Origin: Carcharhinus longimanus
Lineage: Eukaryota
DNA: 62,817 nt
Assembly (NCBI GenBank): GCA_030264375.1
Contig: JASCQW010000105.1
Location: 49,203,732-49,266,548, forward strand
Direction: 5' to 3'
This document shows, one piece after another, positions 13,540 to 24,482 of the stretch. Each line of letters starts with the position of its first letter. Within the stretch, counting starts at the first letter, position 1. Both the position numbers and the translations under genes were made by a program. Under the pieces are notes generated by a model, which was not told the origin of the DNA, did not search any database, and worked only from the letters and a program-made list of their open reading frames with translations.

Positions 13540-13727
13540 GTGGAGATGCCAGTGTTGGATTGGAGTGGGCACAGCAAGAAGTCTCAGAACACCAGATTAA
13601 AGTCCAACACATTTATTTGGAATCACAAGCTTTCGGAGCAGTGCTGATGATGAAGGAGCAGTGCTCCAAAAGCTCATTATTGCAAATAAACCTGCTGGAC
13701 TTTAAGCTGGTGTTGTGAGACTTCTTA
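13540..13727. mobile_element. Inverted pair of Penelope-like pLTR fragments with hammerhead motif halves
   Basis: 13576-13645 is approximately the reverse complement of 13655-13726. Confidence 0.75.
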
Positions 13728-13851
13728 ATACAGGACAATGCAATCTTTGATTTATTCAAGAGGGAGAATTTGGTGATGTTAAATCCGGAAGGGGTGTAGC
13801 TGTGTTGAAACTTTTCACGCAAATCATATATTCTATGATTTGCAGACACCA

Positions 13852-13976
13852 CAGCTGAAATTCTCTAGCCATTCACAGCCCACCGTTGCAGCCAGTGAGA
13901 ATAGAGAATTTGGATCTCTGTTCACTGTAGCGGCTCAGAGAATCCCAGCTGCGGACGAGGTCGTATAACCCAGCTG
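13852..13976 (+). mobile_element. Short MITE (probably Harbinger-derived)
   Basis: CAGCTGAAATTCTC...GAGAATCCCAGCTG inverted ends; internal GAGAATAGAGAATTTGG shared with 44839 and 53998. Confidence 0.55.
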
Positions 13977-14064
13977 TTGTAACTAAATGCCCATACATAT
14001 TAGCATAATCTACACTGCTGACGAAGTACCTAACTCACAATCGTCCTGTACAACAAAACTGTTA

Positions 14065-16010
14065 CATAGAAATATAGAAAACAGGTGAGAAGTAAGCCAT
14101 TTGGCCCTTCGAGCCTGTGCCATGATTCAATATGATTATGGTTGATTATGCACTTTCAGTATCCTACTCCCGTTTTCTCTCCATATCCCTTGATCCCTTT
14201 AGCCAAAAGGGCCTCGTCCAGCTCCCTCTCAAACACATCTAACGAACTGGCCCCAATAGCTTTCTGTGGTAGAGAATTCACAACTCTCTGAGTGAAGAAG
14301 TTCTTCCTCATCTCAGCCCTGAATAGTTTACTCCTTATTCTTAGACTGTGACCCTTAGTTCTGGACTTCCCCAACATTGGGAACATTTTTCCCTCATCTA
14401 GCCTGTCCAGTCCCATCAAAATTTTATATGTTTCTATGAGATCCCCTTTCATTCTTCTAAATTCCAGTGAGTACAAGTCCGGTTGATCCAGTCCCTCTTC
14501 ATATGTCAATTCTGCCATTCCAGGAATCAGTCTGGTGAACCTCTGCTGGATTCCCTCAATAGCAAACATGTCCTTCCTCAGACTAGGAGACCAAAACTGC
14601 ACACTGTGCTCAAGGTGTGACCTCACCAATGCCCTGTATAACTGCAGCAAGGCATCCTTACTCCTGTACTCAGGTCCTTTTTCTATGAAGGCCTGCATCC
14701 ATTATCTTTCCTCACTGCCTACTAATCTTGCATACCAACCTTCAGCAACTGTTCCACCATGACACCCATGGTGTCCCCTTTTCCTAAACTGCCCCTGTTC
14801 CTATACTGCCATAATTCAGACAANNNNNNNNNNNNNNNNNNNNNNNNNNNNNNNNNNNNNNNNNNNNNNNNNNNNNNNNNNNNNNNNNNNNNNNNNNNNN
14901 NNNNNNNNNNNNNNNNNNNNNNNTTCTATGAAGGCCTGCATCCATTATCTTTCCTCACTGCCTACTAAACTTGCATACCAACCTTCAGCAACTGTTCCAC
15001 CATGACACCCATGGTGTCCCCTTTTCCTAAACTGCCCCTTTTCCTAAACTGCCATAATTCAGACAATAATCTTCCTTCCTGTTTTTGCCATCAAAGTGGA
15101 TAACGTCACATTTATCCACGTCATATTGCATTTGCCAGGTATTTGCCCACTCAGCCAACCTGTCCAAATCACCCTGCAGCTTCTTAGCATCCTCCTCACA
15201 GCACACATGGCCACTCAGTTTAGTGTTGTCTGCAAATTTGGAGATACTGCACTCAATTCCTTCATCTAAATAATTAACATATGTTGTGAGTAGCTGGAAT
15301 TCCAGCACTGAACCCTGCGGTTCCCCACTAGTTACTGCCTGCCACTCTGAAAAGGAGCATCTATTCCCACTCTCTACTTCCAATCTACCAACCAGTTCTC
15401 TATCCACATTACTCCCAATACCATGAGCTTTAATTTTGCTCACTAATCTCTTGTGTGGAACCTTGTCAACAGCCTCTTGCTAGTCAGATAGAAAACATCC
15501 ACTGGTTCACCCTTGTTTACTCTACTGGTCACATCCTCAAAAAGTACGATTTCCCTTTGGTGAATCCATGCTGACTTGGGCCGATCCTGTCACTGCTTTC
15601 CAAATGCTCAGTTATTACATCTTTAATAAAACTCCCATCCTTTTCCCCAGCACCAATGTCAGGCTAACCAGCCTATAATTTCCCATTTCCTCTCTCCCTC
15701 TTTTTTAAAAAACTGGGGTTACATTAATGAGCCTCTAATCCATTGGAACTCTTCTGTTGGAAAATGATCACCACTGTGTCCACAGAGCATCATGCCCTGG
15801 AGACTTATCAGATTTTAATCCCAGCAATTTTCCCAAGACAATTTCATGACTAATAAGAATTTCTTCGATTTCCTTCTTCATGCTAGACCCTCTGTCCCCT
15901 AGTATTTCCGGAAGGTTATTTGTGTCGTCCTTATTGAATTCAGATCCAAAGTATTTGTTCAGCTGATCTGCCATCTCTCTGTTGCCCATTATGATGGATA
16001 ATTCCAATGG
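14065..16010 (-). mobile_element. CR1 (HER1-like) LINE, 5'-truncated, ORF2 RT disrupted
   Basis: VTSGEPQGSVL, ISKFADNTKL, LQGDLDRLAEWANTWQM, LYRALVRSHLE..VQFWSP; (TTTCTAT)-type tail; KSDKSPGHD upstream. Confidence 0.92.
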
Positions 16011-16139
16011 ACAATTAGCTTTCATTGGAAATCAATCATAGACTTCAGGTGGTTCCAATTGTCTTAGCAGAATATTCACCCAGGAAAAGTTGGAAGAATT
16101 GAGATGGTTTATAACTACTGGTTAACTATTATGCAGAAT

Positions 16140-16622
16140 CCCCCTGCCCTGACAACCCACTGGACCTCCCAAATCATTGCAGTCGCACCCTGACTATCTT
16201 CCTGATTACCCCCCATACCTGCAACTACCTTCCCAGCCACCTGATTAGCCCCCATTCCTCACCTACCTTGCTGACCCCAAGTAAACCCTCCTCAACTCCT
16301 GACTGTGCTCAATTACCTCCCAACTCTGTCACCCCCACGACTCTCAATCCCTGTCTCCGACTATTCCCTCCTGGCTAACTACTAACTCTCCCCAACCCAT
16401 GACTGCCCTCAACTACCTCCCAACCCCACAACCCTCAACTATCCTCAACCACCCTCCCTGAGTACCCCAACCCTCCCACTGAACACTTGACCCAACTTAA
16501 CCCCTTCATTGACTGCCCAACACCCCAACTTATCCTGTCCCGCTCTTGATACCCCTGACCACATCCCCTGACCCCCTCCTTTACATCCCATCCTACCGAC
16601 TTACCTTCTCCCTGGCTCCTCA
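16140..16622. repeat. C-rich degenerate minisatellite-like tract
   Basis: Recurrent AACTACCTCCC, CCTGACT and ACCCC units. Confidence 0.6.
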
Positions 16623-17149
16623 AAGTGCCTAGGACTTTTAAACTTACCTAGGGCCATACAAAATGAGCACAACTTTTCTTTTCCAGAGGGCTGGTAAAGC
16701 CTAGGAAGAGTTGTTAGGCCTATTGTGTGCCAGGAATGCAAGATTCACGTTCAATAGGCTGACTCTTTTGATCTCAGAAGTGTTTGGTGATGTATTTGCA
16801 TGGGCCCCCTTAATGATTTGAAAATTCCGGCAATGAAGATAATGCATTTCATGTCTTGTCACCTCGCAAATCTGTGCCTATCATTCTTGAAATTCCATGT
16901 TTGATTTTATTTCCAATTAGATTTCCTCCCATGCTACAGCACTGAGACTGTCCCATAAAGTCACAGTAAGACATCCTTTGTGCCTTTAATAATGGTGTAT
17001 TATCTTCTACAATCTCCCTCCGCAGCCTTTGACATAGTTAGCCATACCATCTGTCTCCCGTACCTTCACTTGAGATTGGTTAAATTGTTACACATTTCAC
17101 CACTGCACACAACCATGCACAAGAGTTCCACAGTGATTTTTAACAATCT

Positions 17150-18250
17150 CAGTTAGATAGGTCTGGCATTCTCTGGGAATTTCTCTTGACCTCAGGAAGC
17201 TAGATGATGAGAACAAGTTGTATCGCCATGAGAAGAGGCACATCAATGTATATCTGAGCCAGTCTTCCCTAACCTGTTATTACCTGAAAAGGCAGTCTGC
17301 GTAGATGACATGGCAGTTACCATAGCACATCCAGGAGATCTGCCATCACCAGCCATGCTTTATCAAGTATCGGGGGTGGGGGTGNNNNNNNNNNNNNNNN
17401 NNNNNNNNNNNNNNNNNNNNNNNNNNNNNNAAGCATAAACTTCAACCTAGATGGAGATGGCGACATTTACCACTACTTTGAACTTCAACGCAACAAGCTT
17501 CCTTAAGGTTATACTGGGTGAGGTTTGGTACACCATTCAGCCTGCAATATTGTTGAGTTCACAGTTTATCCAATGGAGATCTACATGAGCGGCCTCAGTG
17601 CTTTTCAGGCTGGCCATATTCCTGAGGGTGCAAAACCGTATTGGCGCAAGCCATGTGACCATATGGGGGTCCTTTCAACTATCATTTTGATTCTATGAAT
17701 AGGAAAGGGATCATCAGCACCACATTGTTTTGAAGATGGATTCAGCAGTGGCTATGCTGGCGTGACGCCAGGTATTCCAGGAGCTGCCATGATGCATTTA
17801 TCTTACAGATTTGACTGCCTGCACTATTTAATGAGACATCTGGATTAGCCAGATGGATCCTGAGGGACCTGGGGATGCCCGCTTCAGCTGTGCTCATCAC
17901 ACTAGTCTAAATCAAAGAACTACAGATCAAAGAAAATATGAGGCACACTTCCCAAAAGGACCCAAACATTCTAAATCATAGACATACTTAAGCAACTAAT
18001 TCAGGACTTGGATTAGCTCATGAGGGTATCCTTTCGTACAGGCCTGGAAAGATCAATAAAATATTAATAGTTGAGTTGGATGACATACAGTTAGATTCTC
18101 AGAAGAGGAGGCACCAAACAGCAGGTGGAAGCAGAGGGTCAGGCATACCATAAGGAGGACAATGATAAGCCCAAGGCTGAAGATTTGCCAGCTGCACTAG
18201 AACTGCAACAAGGGAACAAATACATCACTGTCTGATAGACAACAATTTCA
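17150..18250 (+). pseudogene. PIF/Harbinger transposase relic
   Basis: Degenerate motifs in order: FLRVQ..SHV, FMNRKG (TTCTATGAATAGGAAAGGG), PGSCHDAFIL-like (CCAGGAGCTGCCATGATGCATTTATCTTAC), WILRD.G; E/Q-rich tail. Confidence 0.7.
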
Positions 18251-19510
18251 ATTAAAACTCAAAGTCACCCCAGCATTGCTGAGTACATGTCTCCAGTGAA
18301 CTGATGCACCAAACTCCTTATCCACCATTATCCTCCATTTAACCTCAGTCACCATGCACTGATATCCATTCATCTCCAGAATCAGACATCTTAACCTAAC
18401 ACAGATAAAATCTCTAGACAAGGTGGGAATGCAATTTAGATAATTTATTAATCAATGACACTTGGCATGCTATAAATCTTTTCCCCTCTCAATGCCCTGT
18501 GTCCAGTTAAGCCTTTCTTTTCTGGATACTAACCGAGTGGAATGAGGAAGTGAGGTGGCTGGCTAATGGAAGTCACCCAGCAACTCCTTGTTTGGACGAG
18601 GGTTTTTTTTTACCTTGGTCTGTTGGATAATAAGTGGCTCAGTGGCTGCTGATGTCACACTCCATATTTTCATAGCTGCTGCTGCCCCCTTATTCTATTT
18701 CTTAACACAGGCCACTTGAATGGGACAGCAGAGTTGTATGGATTTTGAACTCTTCCAGGTAAGCTTATTCATGCTTATTTCTGCCATGCCATGCCATGAT
18801 GTACCTTCAGCATAGCCTGTGATATGCATATGGACATACAACAAGCCTGCCTGCACAGGGTGCATTGAGGCCCCCTCTCAAACAATTGCTCAATTGGGCA
18901 GGAAAAATGTATTGACAATGTTTCAACAATGTCAGGTTAAAAATTCCTGACAACATACAGAATGTCCTTGAAATCTCCGTTGAGAAAGTCTCCTCTGCAG
19001 TTAAACTCTGGAAGTGTAGGTAGCAAGAGCATTTGTTATAGTACCTCTGCGCTACTATGTAAGTGACAGTAGGCATTGCTTTTCAGAACAATAAACCTGA
19101 AGCCGCTTAAGTAAAGGATCTCACCCTTTGTTTCACAGCTGGTTAAATGGATATTATAGTGCATGAAGTGGATGCAGTGGTTTGATGATTACCATGTTTG
19201 AAAATCCATTGTACTTTGTCCATGCAATGGCTTAGTCAAAACTGCAATGATCATAAGTCATAAAAGATAAAGGCCACTTTACAGCTAATCATAGTGCCAC
19301 ACTGATGGTAAAGTTTGTTTGCAGGTCAGAAGGCAACATATGGTACAAGTTGTGCTACTGCTTCCCTGATAAGTCAAAGCCCACTCACAACCTGTTGAAG
19401 AATTCAGGTTAGAAGAACACCTCTGTTGATATTTACAGGTGGAAGGGTGATGGTGAGTTGCAAATTCACCAATCTAACCTCTCTGTTGCTTCTCCTCATC
19501 TTCCTCAGAC

Positions 19511-19622
19511 AATGTTTCCTCTGGGTGTTCCAGTTTCCTCCTGCACATTTAAAAAATGTGCAGGTTAGGTTGATTAGCCATGCTAAATTACCCTTAGCAT
19601 CAAGGGGGCCAGCAGAGTAAAT
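19511..19622 (+). mobile_element. HE1-type SINE internal fragment
   Basis: TTTCCTCTGGGTGTTCCAGTTTCCTCC...CAGGTTAGGTTGATTAGCCATGCTAAATT. Confidence 0.75.
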
Positions 19623-19849
19623 CTATCTCCCTCCATTCTCACTGGCAGCGGTCGTGGGTCATAAAACACCAGCAAGTCCTGTCTTTGATTTTAAAGGTTA
19701 TAAAAGTACGTTATATGACTGCTCATAGTTGATATTACATGAGATGCAAACCAAATCAATTTCTTCCAATACTGCATGTTGTTCACTACATTTACAATTA
19801 TAATTAATATTTATAAGAGTCATTACATGTCAAACATAACCTAAGGTGT

Positions 19850-20150
19850 TTTGCCCAGTTTTCAGCCTGTTGGAATATGATGTCTGAAAAGCCTTAGATG
19901 ATGGCCTTTCTTCTTTGTACCATTGTGGCAGCTGTTCCAAGCTTTAGTGTGTGCCTCAGAACATAGTCCTCAACGTTGGAATGTGCCAGTCTGCAAAAGT
20001 AGATCGTGGACATCTCATTGCGCTGGAAGACCACCATGTTTCAGGCAGAGCCAAGAGTGTCTTTCACCAAGTTGGTAGTTCTTCAGCTGCAATTGATGTT
20101 TGTTTTGATGTGCTTCTCTGGGACTGCTCGTACAGCAGAGTCCCACATTA
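19850..20150 (-). mobile_element. Tx1-clade LINE ORF2 C-terminal fragment
   Basis: Paralogous to 20500-20780 (TAGTCCT..TTGGAA.GTGCCAGTCTGCAA, AGAGTGTCTTTCA). Confidence 0.6.
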
Positions 20151-21567
20151 TAGATAGAGCTACTCGCCAAAAACCATGGCACTTTATGGATTCATTGCAA
20201 TTGTTTTTGCAAAAGTATACTTTCTCTATAGTTTATTTGAAAGAACGTTACAAACATTCAAAATTGCCATCACATAATGTGTAGCAATATTCAGGTTCTT
20301 TACATACATTGTGTCGTGCTCTGAGGTGCTTCAATCCAGTCAAAGAAACATTACGGGTATTCCAAATGGTGCAAAGATATTTAAGGTTGTCTACTCAGAA
20401 CATGTTGCATCCCAAGGTCCTTCAATACAGCTGAGACACATGTAATATTCACTGTATACTTTCAGTGATTCATTCAGACTGAGGGGGTTCCATTCCCTTC
20501 AGTTCACTGTAGCTGAAAGGTTTTAGACAGTGACCTTCTCCCACTTCCCCTCTGCAACAACTGCCCCAAGTTTTAGTGTGTTGCTCAGCAGATAGTCCTG
20601 AGCTTTGGAACGTGCCAGTCTGCAACACCCAGCCCAGGACAGCTTCTTGTACTGGAAGGCCAACAAGTTTTGGGTAGACCCAAAAGAGTCTTTCATCGAG
20701 TTGATGATCCTCCAAGAGCAGCTGATGTTTGACTCAGAGTGCGTCCCTGGGAACAGCCCATAGAGCACCGAGTCCTGTGTCACAGAGCTGCTCAGGATGA
20801 AACTCAGCAAAAACCACCCCATCTCTCTCCAGATCTTTTTGCAAAGGCACATTCTGCAAGATGATGGACACCAATCTCTTCCCGAACACAATCACCTCAA
20901 GGGCAAAGTTCAGGTGCGGTGAGATTCTGGGCATTTACGGGGAGGCTTTCACCTGAGTGCCTCCATTGCCTGGCATCATCACACAACTTATGCCAAAATT
21001 TTTCCTGATGGACTCAGCAAATACAACGCACAAACAGGAGAGGAGAGAGAGAATATCCCTGCCTGATTCCAGATTTAATTAGAAAGCTTTCTGATTCCCA
21101 CCTGTTAATTGAAACCGTGCTAATGATCTTTGTGTAGAGCAGTTGGATCCAATTTCAGATTCCCTCCCCAAACCCCATTTTGGAGAGCGTATCCATCATG
21201 TAGTTATGCGATATTCTGTCAAAGACCTTCCCCTGGCTCAGGCTGATGAGGCAGATGTCCACTCTCTGTCTTGCACATAGGCATATATACCCCTGAATAG
21301 CGCAAGGCTCTCAGAAATCTTCCTGTCAGAAAAAGAGCAGCTCTGATCTGGGAGGATCACCAACTCCGAGGAGACTTGACCCAATTGGTGAGGCAATGGA
21401 CACAATTTTATAGTCCACATTCAACAGTCATCAATCTCTAATTTCTTCCCTTTTCCCCTTCTGCTTATAGATGAGGTTAATGATGCCTTTCCTCAAGGAT
21501 TCTGACATGCTCCCAGCCAGAAGCACATGTTCAGACACTCCCAGCAGATCTGGGCTAATCCAATCCA

Positions 21568-21669
21568 GTAAGAAGTCTCACAACACCAGGTTAAAGCACA
21601 AAACACACAGGTTTATTTGGTAGCAAACGCCACTAGCTTTCGGAGTGCTGCTCCTTCGTCACTCACCTG
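21568..21669 (-). mobile_element. Penelope-like pLTR fragment with near-intact hammerhead core
   Basis: Minus strand reads GTGACGA-A-GGAG-CAGCA-CTCC-GAAA-GCTAGTG then CAAATAAACCTG. Confidence 0.75.
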
Positions 21670-22314
21670 GCTCTCCAACCTTTGTAATCCCTTCTGAGTC
21701 CCTCAGTGCTTTCTGGGGTCAACAAATCAGCTTCCACATTCCCCTCTAGTCCTCCTGTGGGTGGCAGTCGGTCAGTAGAAGGCAGTGGTCAGTAAAGAAC
21801 ACCAGCTTGATGTTGGTGGATCTGACTGTGAAAGCTCGGGACACAAGCAGGAATTCTATTCTGGAGCAGAAAGACCCGTCTGACCGAGGCCAGGTATATC
21901 CAGCCAGCGCTCCATCTGCAAGGTTGCTGAAGATGTTGCACAGCTAGGCATCCTTTACTGCTTCCATTAGGATGGCACATCCAGTCTGCTGTCAGCTCCG
22001 CTGGATTGTCCTGCCGCATCAATGCTGTAGTTGAAGTTACTGCCCAGGATGACCGGCCTGGAAGTGGCCAGCAACAGTGGAAGCTGCTGAAGGACTGCCA
22101 GCTGCTTGCCACTCTGGGACGGGGTATATACATCAATTCATCAGACTGCAGCATTCCTGTACAGACCGACTGCAATGAAAGAGTGCCCTCCCACCACCTC
22201 AAATTTGGAAATGGNNNNNNNNNNNNNNNNNNNNNNNNNNNNNNNNNNNNNNNNNNNNNNNNNNNNNNNNNNNNNNNNNNNNNNNNNNNNNNNNNNNNNN
22301 NNNNNNNNNNNNNN

Positions 22315-22488
22315 GATTGGCTGTGCTGAAATTGCCCCTTAGTGTCCTGAGATGTGTAGGTTAGAGAGATTAGTGAGTAAAATATGTAGGGATATGGAAG
22401 TAGGTCCTGGGTGGGATTGTGGTTGGTGCAGACTTGGTGGGCCGAATGGCCTCTTCCTGCACTGTAGGATTTCTAAGATTCTATGATT
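22315..22488 (+). mobile_element. HE1-type SINE 3' half
   Basis: AAATTGCCCCTTAGTGTC...GGCCGAATGGCCTC...GCACTGTAGGATTTCTA. Confidence 0.85.
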
Positions 22489-23087
22489 CACAAACCGCCC
22501 CATCCTGGCAGAATATCCAGGGAATGCAAGTCATTTCCTCCTGACCAAAGTGATGGTCCCTGGGCCCACTGATGTGACCAATGCCTAAGGTGCAGTATTG
22601 CACACTTTTGCAGGAACAGCAGGCTGGCTTTGACCTTGGCACAATAACTAAGATAGACACACATTGCATAGTGAATTTAACATTATAGACATTAACGGAA
22701 GAGACCTTTACCTTCATTTTAACATGTTTTGTCACTTGCCTTTGACAGTTCCAGTCCTTTGGGCAGCTCCTGTTGTTTCCCTTTGGATGGGCTGAGGAAA
22801 CTGTCCTGAAACTCCCCACGAGGACTGCTTCATCCAGATGCTGTCCCTTCGTCTATTGAAACAGTCTCTTCTGTCCATCATCCTCCTCCCGGATAGGTGC
22901 TTCTCCTGATTTCCTGGAGCTAGAATGTGCTGGTCCCCTCACTCTGGAGTTGGAGTTAGGATGTGCCAGTCACTTAGTTATTTCTGATGCTTCAGAGCTC
23001 AGGCGTCTCCCCCTCCAACTCCCTAGAGTTCTGCCATTTCTTCTGGAGATGCCCATTTTCATCCACATCCAAAGTGCAGCCAACCTC

Positions 23088-23434
23088 GTCATAAAATCAT
23101 AGAATCCCTACACAGCAGAAGAGGCCATTCAGTCCACTGAGTTTGCACTAACAGATCATCGTACCCAGGCCCTCTTCCCCGTGCTATCCCCATAACCCTG
23201 TGCATTTCCCATGGCTAATCCCTCTAACCTACACATCTTGGGACACTAAGGGGCATTTTAGCAGAGCCAATCCACCTAATCTGCACATCTTTGGAGGGAA
23301 TTGGAGCACTCAGAGGAAACGCACGCAGGCACAAGGAGAACGTGCAAACTCCACACAGTCACCCAAGGCCAGGATTAAACCTGGGTCCCTGAGAGGGACC
23401 TGAGAGGCAGTTGTGCTAACCACTGTGCCACCGT
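23088..23434 (-). mobile_element. HE1-type V-SINE
   Basis: Head (GCTAACCACTGTGCCACCG), V-domain and CATAGAATCCCTAC tail. Confidence 0.88.
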
Positions 23435-24176
23435 AAGTATCTCTTGCTGCTCAGTTGCGGAGGATGTGGGGGGAGTGGTGGCATTGTCCTTTTCCACCTT
23501 CTTCCAGCTTCTCCTTACCAGCTGCCAATCCCCCACTAAATGGATTCTCTTCCATTGGTTCTGTCAGCTGAGAGATTAGGGAGTGGGGAGAGGGAAAGCT
23601 CAGGTTGCAGAGGTGGTGATGTTGTTGCTTTGCATTCTGCTGCCACCCTCTTTCCGTTCCCTTTGTCTTCCATTTTGTACTCCTTTCTCCCACTGTGCTG
23701 GCTGGAGCTTCACTGGCTGGAGGTTTGCACATCTTCTTGGCAGTAGTCAGACTGGCTGTTTCTGTTGGGCCATCCTTGGCTTTCACTGCCTGTGTGTAAT
23801 TAAGGCTGTGTATTAAGGTTTTGACGAGATGATCTGCTCTGTCACACAGATTGCAGCACTTATTCTGCCTGTAGTCCTTTGTCTAATGCTCTTCCTGCTT
23901 GCAGGTGAGAGTGCCGCAGTTGGCCACTACACAGCCTGATTTTCCACAGGAGCGACAAACTGTGGACTAGCTGGCACAGGTGAGGTAGTCATGGTTTCCC
24001 CGATTACAAAGATGGAGGGAGGGTGGAGGATTATTCCCTTACCATTGGTCTTCAGTGTCACCTTGAACTGTCGTTTGTGGTCTAGATTCCAAAGACACCC
24101 TTAACTCTGAGCAGTTGCCAACCTTGTCAACATACAAGGCAAGGAATGTGAGCAGATCTGTGACCTGCACATGCGA

Positions 24177-24482
24177 GGGCAGAACGGTGGCATAGTGGTT
24201 AGAACTGCTGCCTCACATCACCAGAGACCTGGGTTCAATTCCCAGCTTAGGTCACTGTGTGGAACCTGTGCTTTCTCCCGATGTGTGCAGATTTCCTCCG
24301 CTTGCTCCAGTTTCTTCCCACAGTCCAAAAGTCATGCTGGTTAGGTGTATTGGCCTTGCTAAATTCTTTCTCAGTGTCTCCGAACAGGTGCCGGAATGTG
24401 GCATCCAGGGGATTTTCAAAGTAATTTCACTGCAGTGTTAATGTAAGCCTACTTGTGACACTAATAAATAAACTTCAAACTT
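24177..24482 (+). mobile_element. V-SINE with HE1 head and alternative 3' tail
   Basis: GGTGGCATAGTGGTTAG A-box, GGGTTCAATTCC B-box; tail CTACTTGTGACACTAATAAA. Confidence 0.8.

Larger units (their letters stand above)
20300..24170 (-). mobile_element. Fragmented Tx1-clade LINE: ORF1 (ZCCHC3-like, zinc knuckles), APE endonuclease, ORF2 C-terminus; RT core missing
   Basis: ORF1 23800-24150: FGI*TTNDS/KRQFKVTLK..ILHPPSIFVIG and C..C / CCNLC knuckles; EN start MKVKVSSVNVYNVK near 22718; RPVILGSNFN near 22040; C-terminus VTQDSVLYGLFPGTHSE..WRIINS at 20523-20891. Confidence 0.75.

Noticed and set aside
14156-14698. 180-aa ORF as a host gene
   Set aside because: It is the C-terminus of CR1 ORF2.
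14680-15060. Direct duplication of about 140 bp on both sides of the N-gap at 14824-14923
   Set aside because: Near-identical sequence flanking a 100-N gap is typical of unmerged contig overlap or haplotype artefact.
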